From Magallana gigas (Eukaryota), in assembly GCF_963853765.1 (NCBI RefSeq), contig NC_088860.1, forward strand, positions 10,912,001 to 10,976,000: 64,000 nucleotides of DNA, given 5' to 3'. Position 1 is the stretch's first letter. Every line of letters starts with the position of its first letter. Below are positions 12,201 to 23,864 of the stretch, piece after piece. The notes beneath the pieces are model-generated. The model did not search any database and had not been told where the DNA came from. It saw only the letters and a list, made by a program, of their open reading frames with translations. The translations under genes and the position numbers were made by a program.

Positions 12201-15200
12201 ATTGGTAATGGATCCTTCTACAGTACCCCATACATTATATTTCTATAGATTACACACCACTGTCCAAGATCAGTTCGTTTGTTCCCATGACAAGACCAAG
12301 GGTTTCATCAACAGTAGTTACACCATCGACAGGACAAATTAATCAACAACCTCCACAGAAACTCCTCACTCAGGAGACATTGGGAGCACATTTACCAGTA
12401 AATCAGACAATGCTGAATCAGTTTGCCCCACATCAAGGGAATGAAACACAGCAGAAAACAAAACAAGCAGTGCACCAGATGACAGCTACTGAAAGGTACA
12501 TATATATAAAATGAAATTATTTTCAATTGCTACAAAAAGTTTGTAATTTTTTTCAGTCATTCCTGTGCACTCCTCTAAGGCCATTGCAAGTTTTTTCTTT
12601 GTTTAGCATCCACCCAAAACTCAAAAACCTGTCTTTCTATCAGGAAAAAAACCCACAAACCTTAGAAAAAAACACAACTTTAAAGGTTCAACAAAATAAA
12701 ATTTGTTATATATTTTGAAGTAATTTCTTCATTTTGCGACAAAAATACAAAAAAAACAAATACCTACTATATGATTTCCATTTTGAATGTTTTTATATTT
12801 GATTTCTGATCCAGATTTAAAAATGCAATCCTGAGCCCAACATATGAAAAAGCGATCTAATTTTATGAATAACAATTGTGTTTTGTTTTTTTTTTTTAAA
12901 ATTTTTACATCTCAAAACCAATCTGTCCGCGGACGCTAAACATAGAAAAATCTTGGAATGGCCTAGATATCTAACCTGCTGCTTTATGATTTCCAATTTT
13001 TAAAAAATAGATGAAAAAAAAAGCCATTAAGAGAAAAGATTTAATTGGACATAGTACATGTACAATAAATGTATACAAAAAATAAAAAGCTCAATGTGTA
13101 AAGTGTTATTTTGCGCACTTGTGTGGGATATTATATCTAGTATATATACATGTATGCAGTGAATACTGTAGAAGCAGATCGATATTTTCATAGCTGCCAT
13201 AATTAAATTTTGCTTGATTTGTAATCTAAAATGATTTTGTGAAAATAAAATTTGGTCCCTAAAAAATAAAAAAATAAGCAATTAAATGAATAACGTATTG
13301 TGACCTGGTTCTCTTGCAATAAAGGCCTTAATCAAAATTAAATAAAGTTTAATTCAGCTATAATCTCCAATATTTTGAAATGAGAATGCATTATGAACCA
13401 TGTACAAACTGAAGAAAAATATAATCACCTGGCCAGGGAGAGTTGACACTCAAAAATTTGTTATACTTTATATCAAATCTCCAGTACTTTGTAGAATGGA
13501 ATTCAAGATGCTGTATAAAATTATATTCTTTTGGTTCAATATATACATATACTAGTTCATATTCACTTGTGTATACGAAATCAATGTAATAGAAATATGT
13601 TGAATGATGGCATTCTCATATATCGGTCATGATTACAGCCATTCCCCTGACGACCTACAGCAGCCAATAGCCATACCCACACTTCCTAACCTTCCAGACA
13701 AGGCTGACCCCCTGTGGCCATTCCCCTTCCCTGGGGTGGAACAAGGGCCACAGACCCATCTCTTGTACCAAGGCAAGTACTTATACAGCGTTTTAATGTA
13801 GAATCATCCAAAGTGGACTTATGGGTAGCTGATATAATCAACTTAAAGGCAGGCTCAACCCATAAGTGTTTCCATTTATTAGCACATTTGGATTTATTTA
13901 GACCTATGTATAACTGTTTTAATAACACTTTATTGTAAATGAAACAAAGCAAAAGGTTACCACTAAAATTAAGTCAAGTACATTTATGTACATATTTCAT
14001 AAATAAACTCTATACTTGAAGAAATTGTCTATCAATTTGAATTTAATTTCATTTCCAATTACTTTAAAGTACCGATAAAACACAAAAATTAACCCCTCAT
14101 TTGATTCCATGATAAACATTGGAACTTTGATCATGATGTGCTCTTTTTAGTAATGTGTAATAGAAGTAACTATAATATTTAACTTGTAAGATTTGTAAAA
14201 GTTTTTAACGGGTTTTCCAAAGGAAAAATCTGATTATTGAAATGGTGAAAATGGTGAGTGGGCAGCTGACAAAAGGGTACCCTTATTGTACAGATAACTC
14301 CTCCTACAGTTTTCAAGATAGGAATTTGTTCTTTTGCAGATCAATCATACATATATCAGAGGTGTGCATATTGTTAGGATTTTGATTTCTGATGATTTGT
14401 GAAAAAATACCAGCTGTTGAGCTTAGTCATTTTCTCGCAGAATACTGCGTATAGGGTACTCCTATTGTACAAATAACTCCTCCTACAACTTTCAAGATTG
14501 GAAATTGTTGTTTTGCATATCAATTGTACATATATTATAGATGTGCATATTACTTGGATTCTGATTTTTGATAATTTATGAAAAAAATACCAGCTGTTGA
14601 GCTAAGTCATTTTCTCACAGAATATTGCGTATTGGGTACTCCATTTCTCTGGATAGGTACTATTAAGTAGTGTTTAGCTATTCAGACTTGGCATGGATAC
14701 AGCTCACATAAAAAAAAAACCTGGTTTGCTGTCACATTGACAACTTTTTACTTGTCTAGAATTTTTAATTTATTTGAAAAACACAGTATACGCATCAGCT
14801 TTATGTTTCCCCCTTTCTTTATTAGGTAGTGTTCCCGAAACTCATACCAAGAGTGTTTTATCTGATCCGTATGCTCCGTTCTACTTTGATAATTACATCA
14901 ATCCAGTCAGACCGACGGAGCTGCAGGTTGATGTTAATGGGTATGTTATTCTTAGTTCGAATATATACAATACACATGTAACATATAATTGTTTTCAATT
15001 TGATCAAAAAATTTCTTTACTCTGTTCAATGGTTTTAATTTTAGAGATGCTTTTTCCCCCTTTGACAGATGGCAACAATACCTCAATGACGACCATACAA
15101 ATGCTCCCATCAAACAAACAGCCAGCTATTTCCCCACGGTGAAGCAGTGTCCTAGTGACATTGAAATCTGTCCCTCCCCAGCCTCCCACACCCTCAGCAG

Positions 15201-16986
15201 AAACCAAATCAAGCCGACCTCTTCGGGGACTGAATTGTCCACATCTAAAAGTTCTGATAGACTGATCAACACATCAAACACGGCAACACTTCAGGAAGTT
15301 AATATCAATCAGCAACAAGGGTGCTCACCATCAATCGAAAAATTAAGTTGTCCGTCCACCTCTCAAGAATCTATGTTGTCAGATAATCAAGAGAAACAAA
15401 ATCAGATGGTGGTTATTCAAACAACTGGTAACAACCAAAGGGTAGCTGAAGAGAATGAGATTCATATTACTCCACTGCAGACTCCGTCGGGGCATCATAT
15501 TGGCACCATGGTTCAAAACTTCGGAAACAATGAAGTGTCCATCAATCCTGCGCATTATGGTGGTGAAAATATGTACCAATGTATACCCCAACCAGCACCT
15601 GGTGCATGCCCAAGAAGTCAAGGAAAGGGTGTAGAATTTGGCTCCGTTATGTCCTCTGCATTTCACGCCATTAATGGGGACTTGGAAACTTTTGAGAACA
15701 ACTTGGAAAAGTATCCATTACCTGGGTATAGTGAAACTGTGTCATGTATCTATCCACAGCATGATGTTCCACAATATGTGCAGCCTTCCACATCCAGTGA
15801 AAATTTTCAGATGATTTCAAAATATCAAGATGAAAACAACAGACCTATCAAAAAGAGGTCATATAAAATCATTGAGGGGCTGTTGGAAAATGAAGTGTGG
15901 ACGACACAAAATAGACCCATGAAAACAGTCTCAGCAACTGAGCAATCATTCAGTGATCTGGAATTCAAAGATGATGCAAAAGCGTCAAAAAGTGATGATG
16001 AATTACTGAGGAAAGGAAAGATTACAAAAGATCAAGAACAGGTGCAGAGTATAGAAGAGGATGAAGATAACACAAATGCACAAGAGCCAATGGTAGAAAG
16101 GAATGACATGATTCATTGTCATATAAATGAGTTGCTGGAGACTAATTCTGAGACTGAAACAAATAATACGAACATTCAAGAACAGAAAAATTCAACTGCA
16201 GCAAATGAAGATAACAATGAAAGTCCTCCAATAAGAAAGGAAGTTGATCTACAGAAAATTGATCAGGAGAAAAAGGGAGATAATTCTGGGGAGGACACTG
16301 TGGAAGAAAACAATCAAGAAAATGAATCAGAAGATGAGTTTCTGTCGGGCAATATTGATGAAACTGAAGTTTCCAAGGTAAATACAGAAACTGTAACATG
16401 TGAAGAAAACTTTGAGAATAAATGTCCTGAAATTGTCGTAAAAACCGAAGCAGATGATGAGACCGATGAAGGAACTTCTGGTTATAGTGAAGTTGCTGAA
16501 TCAAAAGAAGAGCTTTCCAAAATTGAGCTGGTGATTGATAATGCAGAAGTTATGTCCCTTTCTAATTGTGAGGAACAATATCTTATTTCAAATGACACTT
16601 CTGCAGAAATTTCTGGTGAAATGGAAAATCAGTTACATCAACTGAGCAAGCCTCAATTATCTGAAATCTTGGAGGATGAGAGTTCTTCAGAGATAGATAA
16701 ACAAAACACATCTGAGTCTAATCATCAATATGAGGAAATCTTCAAATCGGTTCAACTTGTGAAAAAGAACAAAACAAAATATACAATTCTGGATTCTGAA
16801 AAAAGCTGCGAGGAAACCAAGCATCATCTAGACTATCCCAACTTAGAATCTGGCGATGCCACAGCAAGTGTGAAGAGAGTTGCTCTTGAAGAGGAGGAAC
16901 CACTGCCTAGCTTTGTTAAGTCCAGAAATAAGAGACGGCAGCCGTACGATTCCCCCGTCAGGGCATCAAAGCGACTCAGGAATTGA
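9284..16986 (+). CDS. SoxH: SoxH / Sox30-like HMG-box transcription factor, 1283 aa, 8 exons
   Basis: join(9284-9749,10242-10496,10845-11351,11444-11653,12249-12495,13639-13772,14826-14940,15069-16986) = 3852 nt, with all phases consistent. The HMG box NGKIKRPMNAFMLWAREFRGRLAEQMPNASNAEISVGLGQVWANLPTPEKQHFYLEAERVKNQHRRDFPG|WIYQP closely resembles SOX30 (..NAEISVQLG..HREEFPGWVYQP) rather than SoxB-F. Intron 6 is GC-AG. AATAAA at 17270 and 17292. Confidence 0.88.
14202..14755 (+). mobile_element. Second Helentron-like non-autonomous element with ~180-bp tandem core, in SoxH intron 6
   Basis: 5' TTTTTAACGGGTTTT is loosely mirrored by 3' AAAACCTGGTT. A 3' hairpin TGTCACATTGACA (~14730-14742) is followed by ACTTTTTACTTGT. 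Units start GGGTAC at 14275, 14454 and 14634 (periods 179 and 180). Confidence 0.7.
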
Positions 16987-17619
16987 CTGCAAATTACCCT
17001 GAATAGTTGCACGTCATTTAGTTGAAATTTACAATCATTTATTTGAATACATTGGTATTTGTTTTTTTACACCACCAAGTGTCACTTAAAATGGATAAAC
17101 TAGAATGAAATTACCAGTATTGCAATTGAAGATTTACTAGCATGAAAATACCAAGACACTTTAGGTAAAAGATAACAATTCTGCTTTGTTTTTACCGTTT
17201 GTGTAACTAGTAATGTTCAACCAAGCCATTGTTTTGTAAACAGAGATTACATGCAAATATGTAAAATAGAATAAATATTTTTAATGTGTTTAATAAAGTT
17301 ATCTAATTAGCTTATGTGTTATGAATATTCCTTTACGATGACACATTTTTTGTTTGTTTGTTTTTTAATCATTCCCACTATAAAAGCACGACTCAACAAA
17401 AATTGAAGACTTTTTTTTGCCTTTATTAATAATATGCTGAACAATAAATTTTTATCATGTCCTTATTTAGACACAGTAACAGAAAAATATTGTGTAAATA
17501 ATTAACAATTTTCACATATATCGATAAAAAAAAACATTACAAAAGACTCTAGATCAGAAAAGCTTTGCTGTCAAAAATACCAATTCAAAAAAAAATATTT
17601 AAACATGCACATCACATGA

Positions 17620-18220
17620 ACACAAGCACTCTTTTCATTATTTCGGTTTTCATAAATCTGGATAATTGCTGCTGTCAAAAATGACAAGTCATATACTGGT
17701 TAAGAAAATTGAACACGTGGGCATATGAACACAAACATGCTTTTCATTGGTTTCGGTTTTTATAAATCTGGGTAATTATACATGTAATTGCTGTCAAAAA
17801 TGACGATTCATTTTGAACACATGGGATAATTATACATGTAACTGCTGTCAAAAATGACAATTCATTTCGAACACATGGGCTTATGAATACAAACACTCTT
17901 TTCATTGGTTTGTTTTTTTTATAAATCTGGATAATTATAATTGCTGTCAAAAATGACAATTCTAAAAATAAAATTGAACACAAGCACAACATTTGAACAC
18001 ATGCACTCTTTTCATTAATTCGGTTTTTATAAATCTGGATAATTGCTGCTGTCGAAAACAGGTAAAAAAATTTGAACACATGGGGATATGAACACAAACA
18101 TGCTTTTCATTGGTTGGTTTTTATAAATTTGGGCAATTGCTGTCAAAAATGACAATTCATTAAAAAAAAAATGAACAATGAACACGAAAGCATCAAATGA
18201 GCACAAGCACTAATTTAATT
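17620..18220. repeat. Degenerate tandem repeat, ~5-6 copies of a ~90-130 bp unit
   Basis: The motif TTTTCATT(G/A)...TTTTATAAATCTGG.TAATT...GCTGTCAAAAATGAC recurs at about 17632, 17742, 17898, 18007 and 18104, with a partial copy near 17810. It lies between the convergent 3' ends of SoxH and UNG. Confidence 0.75.
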
Positions 18221-18272
18221 GGTTGGGATGTTTTACATTTACACTAATTTAATTGATTGGGATATTTTATAT

Positions 18273-21200
18273 TTACTCTTGTGGTGGGAGATGCTTCCAG
18301 TCGATGATGGACTTCCCCTCCTTTTTTAAGAGTTCATTACACTTAGAGAAATGCTTACAGCCAAAATATCCCCGATGTGCAGACAATGGTGATGGATGAA
18401 CTCCTGTTAACACATGGTGCTTCTTCTGCAATTCAAAATTCCAAAAGTTATATTCAATTTGAGTTAGAGTAAAAAAGGAATAAGGAATCATTCTTTGAGT
18501 ATTATGAGGTGATAATTTTGGTCGGGGCCTGATCAAATCCAATAAAGCAAAAATGTTTAAAGAATGATTCCTTATCACTTATATTTATATAATTTTAAGC
18601 TATCGTACGATTAAATATAAGCAAACCCCACTGGTGCCTCAATTTGGCAGCATTTGAAGTTATGGGTTTTATAGTACAAAATCGATATGTAGAGTTATCA
18701 CAGGCAAATACACTAGAAAATGTAAATATTCGCAAATAAAACTAAATCAAAAATTACTTAAATCAGAGGATAATGGTATATACAAAAGATAATGGTATAT
18801 ACAAAAGACCTACCATTAAAGACCAATAACACTTTATGTAAGTATGTTCCATACTCAAGAGCAAAGGTCAGCTGATGTATTTTAAGGGCAATGGATGATC
18901 TTAAAAACCATTACCTATATCGGAGCTAACAATTCTTATCCAACAAGCGGTGTTCGGAATCAAGTTGTTACCTTGTCAATGTGTGCACCTTTCTTCTGGG
19001 CATACGACCCCCATAACATGAATACCAGTCCCTTCTTATTTTTGTTGAGCCATGAGATGACAGCATCGGTGAATTTCTCCCAGCCCTTGTCCTTGTGGGA
19101 GTTGGCTTGTCCGGCTCTTACAGTCAGACAGGCGTTCAGTAGTAATACCCCTACAACAGGCAGAGGTCATAGTGCTGTACAATACAGACACAGATCACAT
19201 CAACAAAACAGTACAGGTTACATCCACTTTGCTGTACATGAATATGCAGAGTCTGTTTTGTGGCTTATTTTATCTACAGTCATGAATGGCAGACTCCAGG
19301 TCTTCAGATTTGTCAATTGTAGACACTATTATGATTTAGTCGTCAATCAAATTAAATTTATGAAAAGAAAAAACATAAGACAAATAGATTATATCATTTT
19401 AATCTCTAACAGCTTAAATGATTTATTAACCAACAAGCCAAAAATTCCTACTCCTTAAGGTTAAAAAAAAAAAGAGAAAAAATCTTTGTCTAAACCTTCA
19501 GTGACCATGGTTGTGCAAATGGTTGTACAGCATATTACACAATTCAGGAAATTTGACTACTGTTGTCTTAATTATCTAAACATGCTAAAGGGGCACAGCT
19601 CTGCCATATGCGGGTCACTTACCCTGATTTGCCCAGCCTATCAGTGTACCATGTCCAGGATGAGAGAACCCAGGGATGTCCTCGGTCAGTTCCTTGTACA
19701 TATTCTGTAAACTGGACAATATAAAATGGTCAACGTAAACAACAATTAATGCTGAAATAGGTTTAAAAAGAAAGAATTTGCACTAAAAATTTTGATATAG
19801 ATATTTAAACTGTAGTGATTTAAGACCCATGAATACATGCACTTGAAAGGTGCACATAAAAGGAGATTAGAGAAGGCATATTACAATACATCTAGTTATT
19901 TTTTATACAAGTAGAATCTTTTCTCAAAGTAATCTTGTGGACAAAAAATTTAGTGCCAAATTCTTTATAATATACATGTAGTGACTGAGTAAAATAAAAA
20001 ATCAGTATCAAAAGGTGTGGTACTTCATTGTACTAAGAAAAATATATTTATCAATCCCCCTCATAGAATTCCTTACAAGTAAATAGTGAAGAGGTTGGGG
20101 CTTCAAATCACCTTAACATATTGAAGACAATCAAGATAATTTAACAGTACCTTGGTGGAGGGGGGACTCCCTTTTGAACACTAAAACATAAACCTGAAAT
20201 TATAAGTAAATGATAGCATTGGTACAGTGATAGATTTAAACATTTTACACAGACTTCATTCATGACAGTACATGTACATGCCATTTATTTATGTGCAGGC
20301 ATTTTAGATTTGTTTAACAAGTCAAACTACTGTTACAGTAGTTTAATTAAGAACTAAGAACTCTACCATGTGCTTGTTTGGGTCCATGATATGGGTCTTG
20401 TCCAAGAATTACAACTTTAACCTGAATTATAAAAAATACGTCTTCATGCAAAAATTGAAATTTGAAAGCCTTGCATTGCTCAATGCAAACTGTTAACAAA
20501 CAATAACAACATTTCTTCTAAATGAAACTATCCATGTATCAGGTACAGTACACGATGCTTATTTGTAAGCCGGCTAAGTTAAACGAGAATGTTTCACAAT
20601 GTCATTTGTTAAAGTTAGATTCATTTATTGTAACAATCTATAATTAAGTCAGATACCGTATATCAGGTTTTTTCCGTGTCATGTTTTTTCCGCGAATCAG
20701 AGCCTAGAACGGTATATAAAATTTACGCGAATCAAATTTTCACTTTTTCAAATACACATTGAAAAAATAATTCACGATTGTTCAAACCTGTGAGGTGAGA
20801 GCTAGGGAAAAGTATCTTAATTCAGACAATGAAACCATATACACGATCTCCTTAATGTGAAATAATTCCCGATAATAATTTAATAGATCATGTACCGTTA
20901 CATATACCAGTAGCTCAGGTATAAATAGACATCGGTTTATGCAAGGAAAGCGACCGTTTTAATTAGCTTGTCAATGGATTATCAAATAAACAACGAGGCT
21001 TATAAATCTATTATCTGGTGTTTGTTCTACGATCCTGCAATTTTTACCTCTAACTAAACTAACTGAACACAGTTCACCATACTTTTACTTACCTGTTTAC
21101 TTTATCAGGAAAGAGAAAATTCTATTACTAAAACAAAACTTTGTATCAAATTTACGCTGATTTATTTTTTCCGCGATTCGGAAATCGTCGCGAACAAAGC

Positions 21201-23795
21201 GGAAATAGCATACACGCGAAAAAACCTTATATACGGTATATTATAACTAATTGTTATACTTTCATGTTAAATACTGAAATCTGATTGGTTAAGACGCAGT
21301 TAATAATATTTACTATTACCCTCAGCGTTAGCAACGCACTTGGCAACGGGTAACATTAAAAAATGTTACATGCGCGAAAATTATGCGCGTACGGTTCGCT
21401 GTAGAATTCACGTTATTCCTATATAAAAGCAGTAAAATTTTCTTAAAAATTTTAAAAAAGACATTCAGTATAACAAAATAAATAGTGCCTGTTTGGGAGG
21501 ATAACAGTTGAAATTGACACCCCTCGAAAACCATTGTCAACCTCCGCTTCGCGTCGGTTGACAATGGTTTTCTCGGGGTGTCAATTTCAACTGTTACCCT
21601 CCCAAACAGGCACTATTTATATAATAACAAGTGTAAGGTAAGTGAAGGAGTCTTACTTTGTCAATGGTGCAGTAGTTTGTCCAGCTGAAGACATCATGTG
21701 CGGGGGGGTAGATTGTATTCTTGCTTCTCTCCGCCATCACAAACTTTGATAGCTAAAACATAAAATTTATTTGAAAAGTACAAATATGACACTCTTTGCA
21801 CATCATATCATACATGTGTAGGACACCTACAAAATGCAATGGGTCTCTAAAGCCTGATTGTCAAGTAAAAGTCTGTTGTTGAGTTTATCTCCAGTAATTC
21901 CAGTAATAAAGTTATCGCAAATAATAGTTGGTTTAAAGTATATTGAAAAATTTCTATCTCTCACAACATGACAAATCCTGTACAGGTAATTCATCAGGTA
22001 CTCACCTCTGTAAAGTATTGCTTGGAGAACTCGGGCTCTAGAGCTTTAAACCATGATGAACCAACATCCACCAAGAGACCGTTAGATGTCTTGGCTGCAA
22101 GTTTTATCCTGGCTGCTAACTTGTTCTGTTCTATTTTAGATTTCTGCTCTGGTGACAATGCCGTGGGGGTTGGGGGTGGTGAGGGAGGGGTCTGGGCATT
22201 CGGACTGAGTTCTATGTTCTCCTTTACTGATGTTGTATCTTCACCCTTCTCATCAATTTTACGTTTCTTGGGACTTGGTGTTTTAGACTGAGGAATAAAA
22301 ATCATTACATTGAAGACTTCAAAAGCTGTTCTTCTAACCACTTTTGACATTGTCTCTGACTCAGTAATTAATTTCATTATCATCCTATCATGACATGATA
22401 AAATAATTTAATTCAACTTTTTACAGAATAATATGTGTTAAAGACTACTCCCATCCAAGAATTAGAACCCATGCAGCCATGGGAATAATTAAACCCTTTC
22501 TTGGTAAATGCATTATGAGCTCTTTCATGTTTTGGCTAAATATAACCTATCGGCAATTGTTTGAATAATTTATACATAAACTTAGTAAAACTATATCAAT
22601 AGGTTAACAGGTGTGTCAATGTCGGTCGGTCAGAATATAAGGTCTCCTTAGCTCTGAACTTGGTCAGTTAGTGCAGGCATAGGGATTGAGTCCTGGTTGA
22701 GACTAAAATTCAATTGACTTTTTACCACTGGTTTCATAAGTCTCCCTGTAGGTCTAGGTGAGCAGTACCACATGCAGTTACTGTGAAAAAGTTAATGTTC
22801 AAATCAAAAGTTTTAGGCATTAAATCAATTTGTAGCATTTTTGTTTTATAAATTCCTGTTTTATAAATCATAACTACTGTTTAAGTACTGGTAAATTTGT
22901 TTTATATTTGAGCCCTATCATTAGGAGCCTTAATCTTTGTGCCCTAATATAGTGCAGCAGGCCCTGATACTGGAGCCTGCTGCCCTTATGGTGTAGAAGG
23001 CCTAAATACTGGAACCTGCTGCCCTAATGGTGTAGCAGCCTCGATACCAGAGCCTGCTGTTCTAGTATAATGACCTAACAGCATTAGGTCTCTGGGCAAA
23101 GTATATATAAGGGGAGAGAGAGAGAATGTGAGAGGAGAGAGAGAGAACTAGAAGCGAGAGCGGATTGGCATTTGATGTACAACTTGTTCTTTTAATACAC
23201 TTGAATCCAAAGAAACTTGCATTTGTCTTCGATAAATTTATTGAGATCTACTGGTTCTTAATATGCAACAAAGAACCCACAAAAGTTTGTGATGCTGGAG
23301 CAAGGAAATCCTTATGCATTGACTCTGGGAGCCCTTAAGATTTAATTAATCTAAATTAAAATGGGAATTTTTTTCAATCATCATAAACTTTGTCTCTTGA
23401 ACGAAATTTTTTTCATTTGATTCTTTACACCCGATCATGAAATCCTAAGATTTGACACAATTTCATATGATTATGTGATCATGCATGCTAGGAGGAAATG
23501 TACATATTCTAAAATCCCTCATCTGTGGTTTAAATACAATTAAACAAAGATCGACGATGTTTGCTCTCTACAATAAAATACACGACTGTATATTCATTCT
23601 CTTTTTTCATATAAGTTCTGTTTTACACGCATTGAGCTTGTTTATTTGGGAGCGAAACCCATATATAGGCATTGTATACTTTTTGCATTTGTTTTTGGAA
23701 ATAAATAAACTGATTACCACAGTATCTCCATTACTAATCACTCGCTTGTTGGTTGATTGTGTGAAAAATGAGGATATTTTAGCTTGTCCACTCAT
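18273..23795 (-). CDS. UNG: Uracil-DNA glycosylase (family 1, UNG2-like nuclear form), 324 aa, 8 exons
   Basis: complement join(23795-23718,22287-22006,21752-21657,20421-20367,20193-20151,19711-19623,19150-18972,18425-18273) = 975 nt, all introns GT-AG and phase-consistent. It has an N-terminal PIP box ([11 protein letters not shown]), the catalytic GQDPYH motif, [21 protein letters not shown] and HPSPLS. Confidence 0.95.
18480..18575. mobile_element. Internally deleted fold-back mini-element, in the last UNG intron
   Basis: Perfect 17-bp terminal inverted repeats ATAAGGAATCATTCTTT (18480-18496) and AAAGAATGATTCCTTAT (18559-18575). Its left half matches the reverse complement of the right half of the copy at 32817-32960. 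Confidence 0.75.
20656..21236. mobile_element. MITE with TA target duplication (Tc1/mariner-pogo type), in UNG intron 3
   Basis: TA|CCGTATATCAGGTTTTTTCCGTGT ... ACACGCGAAAAAACCTTATATACGG|TA. CpG-rich subtermini and no coding capacity. Confidence 0.75.
21478..21620. repeat. Long near-perfect palindrome (65-bp arms, 13-nt loop), probably part of a non-autonomous fold-back element starting near 21240
   Basis: Left arm 21478-21542 and right arm 21556-21620 are reverse complements with 3 mismatches. The loop is TCCGCTTCGCGTC. Confidence 0.9.
22960..23065. repeat. 39-bp minisatellite, ~3 degenerate copies, in UNG intron 1
   Basis: GGCCCTGATACTGGAGCCTGCTGCCCTTATGGTGTAGAA at 22960, GGCCTAAATACTGGAACCTGCTGCCCTAATGGTGTAGCA at 22999, and GCCTCGATACCAGAGCCTGCTG at 23038. 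Confidence 0.7.
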
Positions 23796-23836
23796 ATTTC
23801 TACATCCGATGGCTAGTCTGAAACTAAACATAAACT

Positions 23837-23864
23837 TTTTCGCCAATATCAGCTTTTTCCCGCG
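23837..23864. promoter_or_regulatory. E2F site plus CCAAT box upstream of UNG
   Basis: TTTCCCGC(G) at 23856-23864 is a canonical E2F-type site. TTTTCGCC overlaps CCAAT (23843-23847). Both lie 40-70 bp upstream of the UNG ATG. Nuclear UNG is a known G1/S, E2F-regulated gene in mammals. Confidence 0.5.

Noticed and set aside
14275-18220. Tandem repeats considered as CRISPR-like arrays
   Set aside because: Eukaryotic context, long degenerate units, no unique spacers and no cas genes.
22620-22780. tRNA/SINE-like remnant (GGATTGAGTCCTGG resembles a B box)
   Set aside because: No cloverleaf can be folded, and the A box and element ends are not identifiable.
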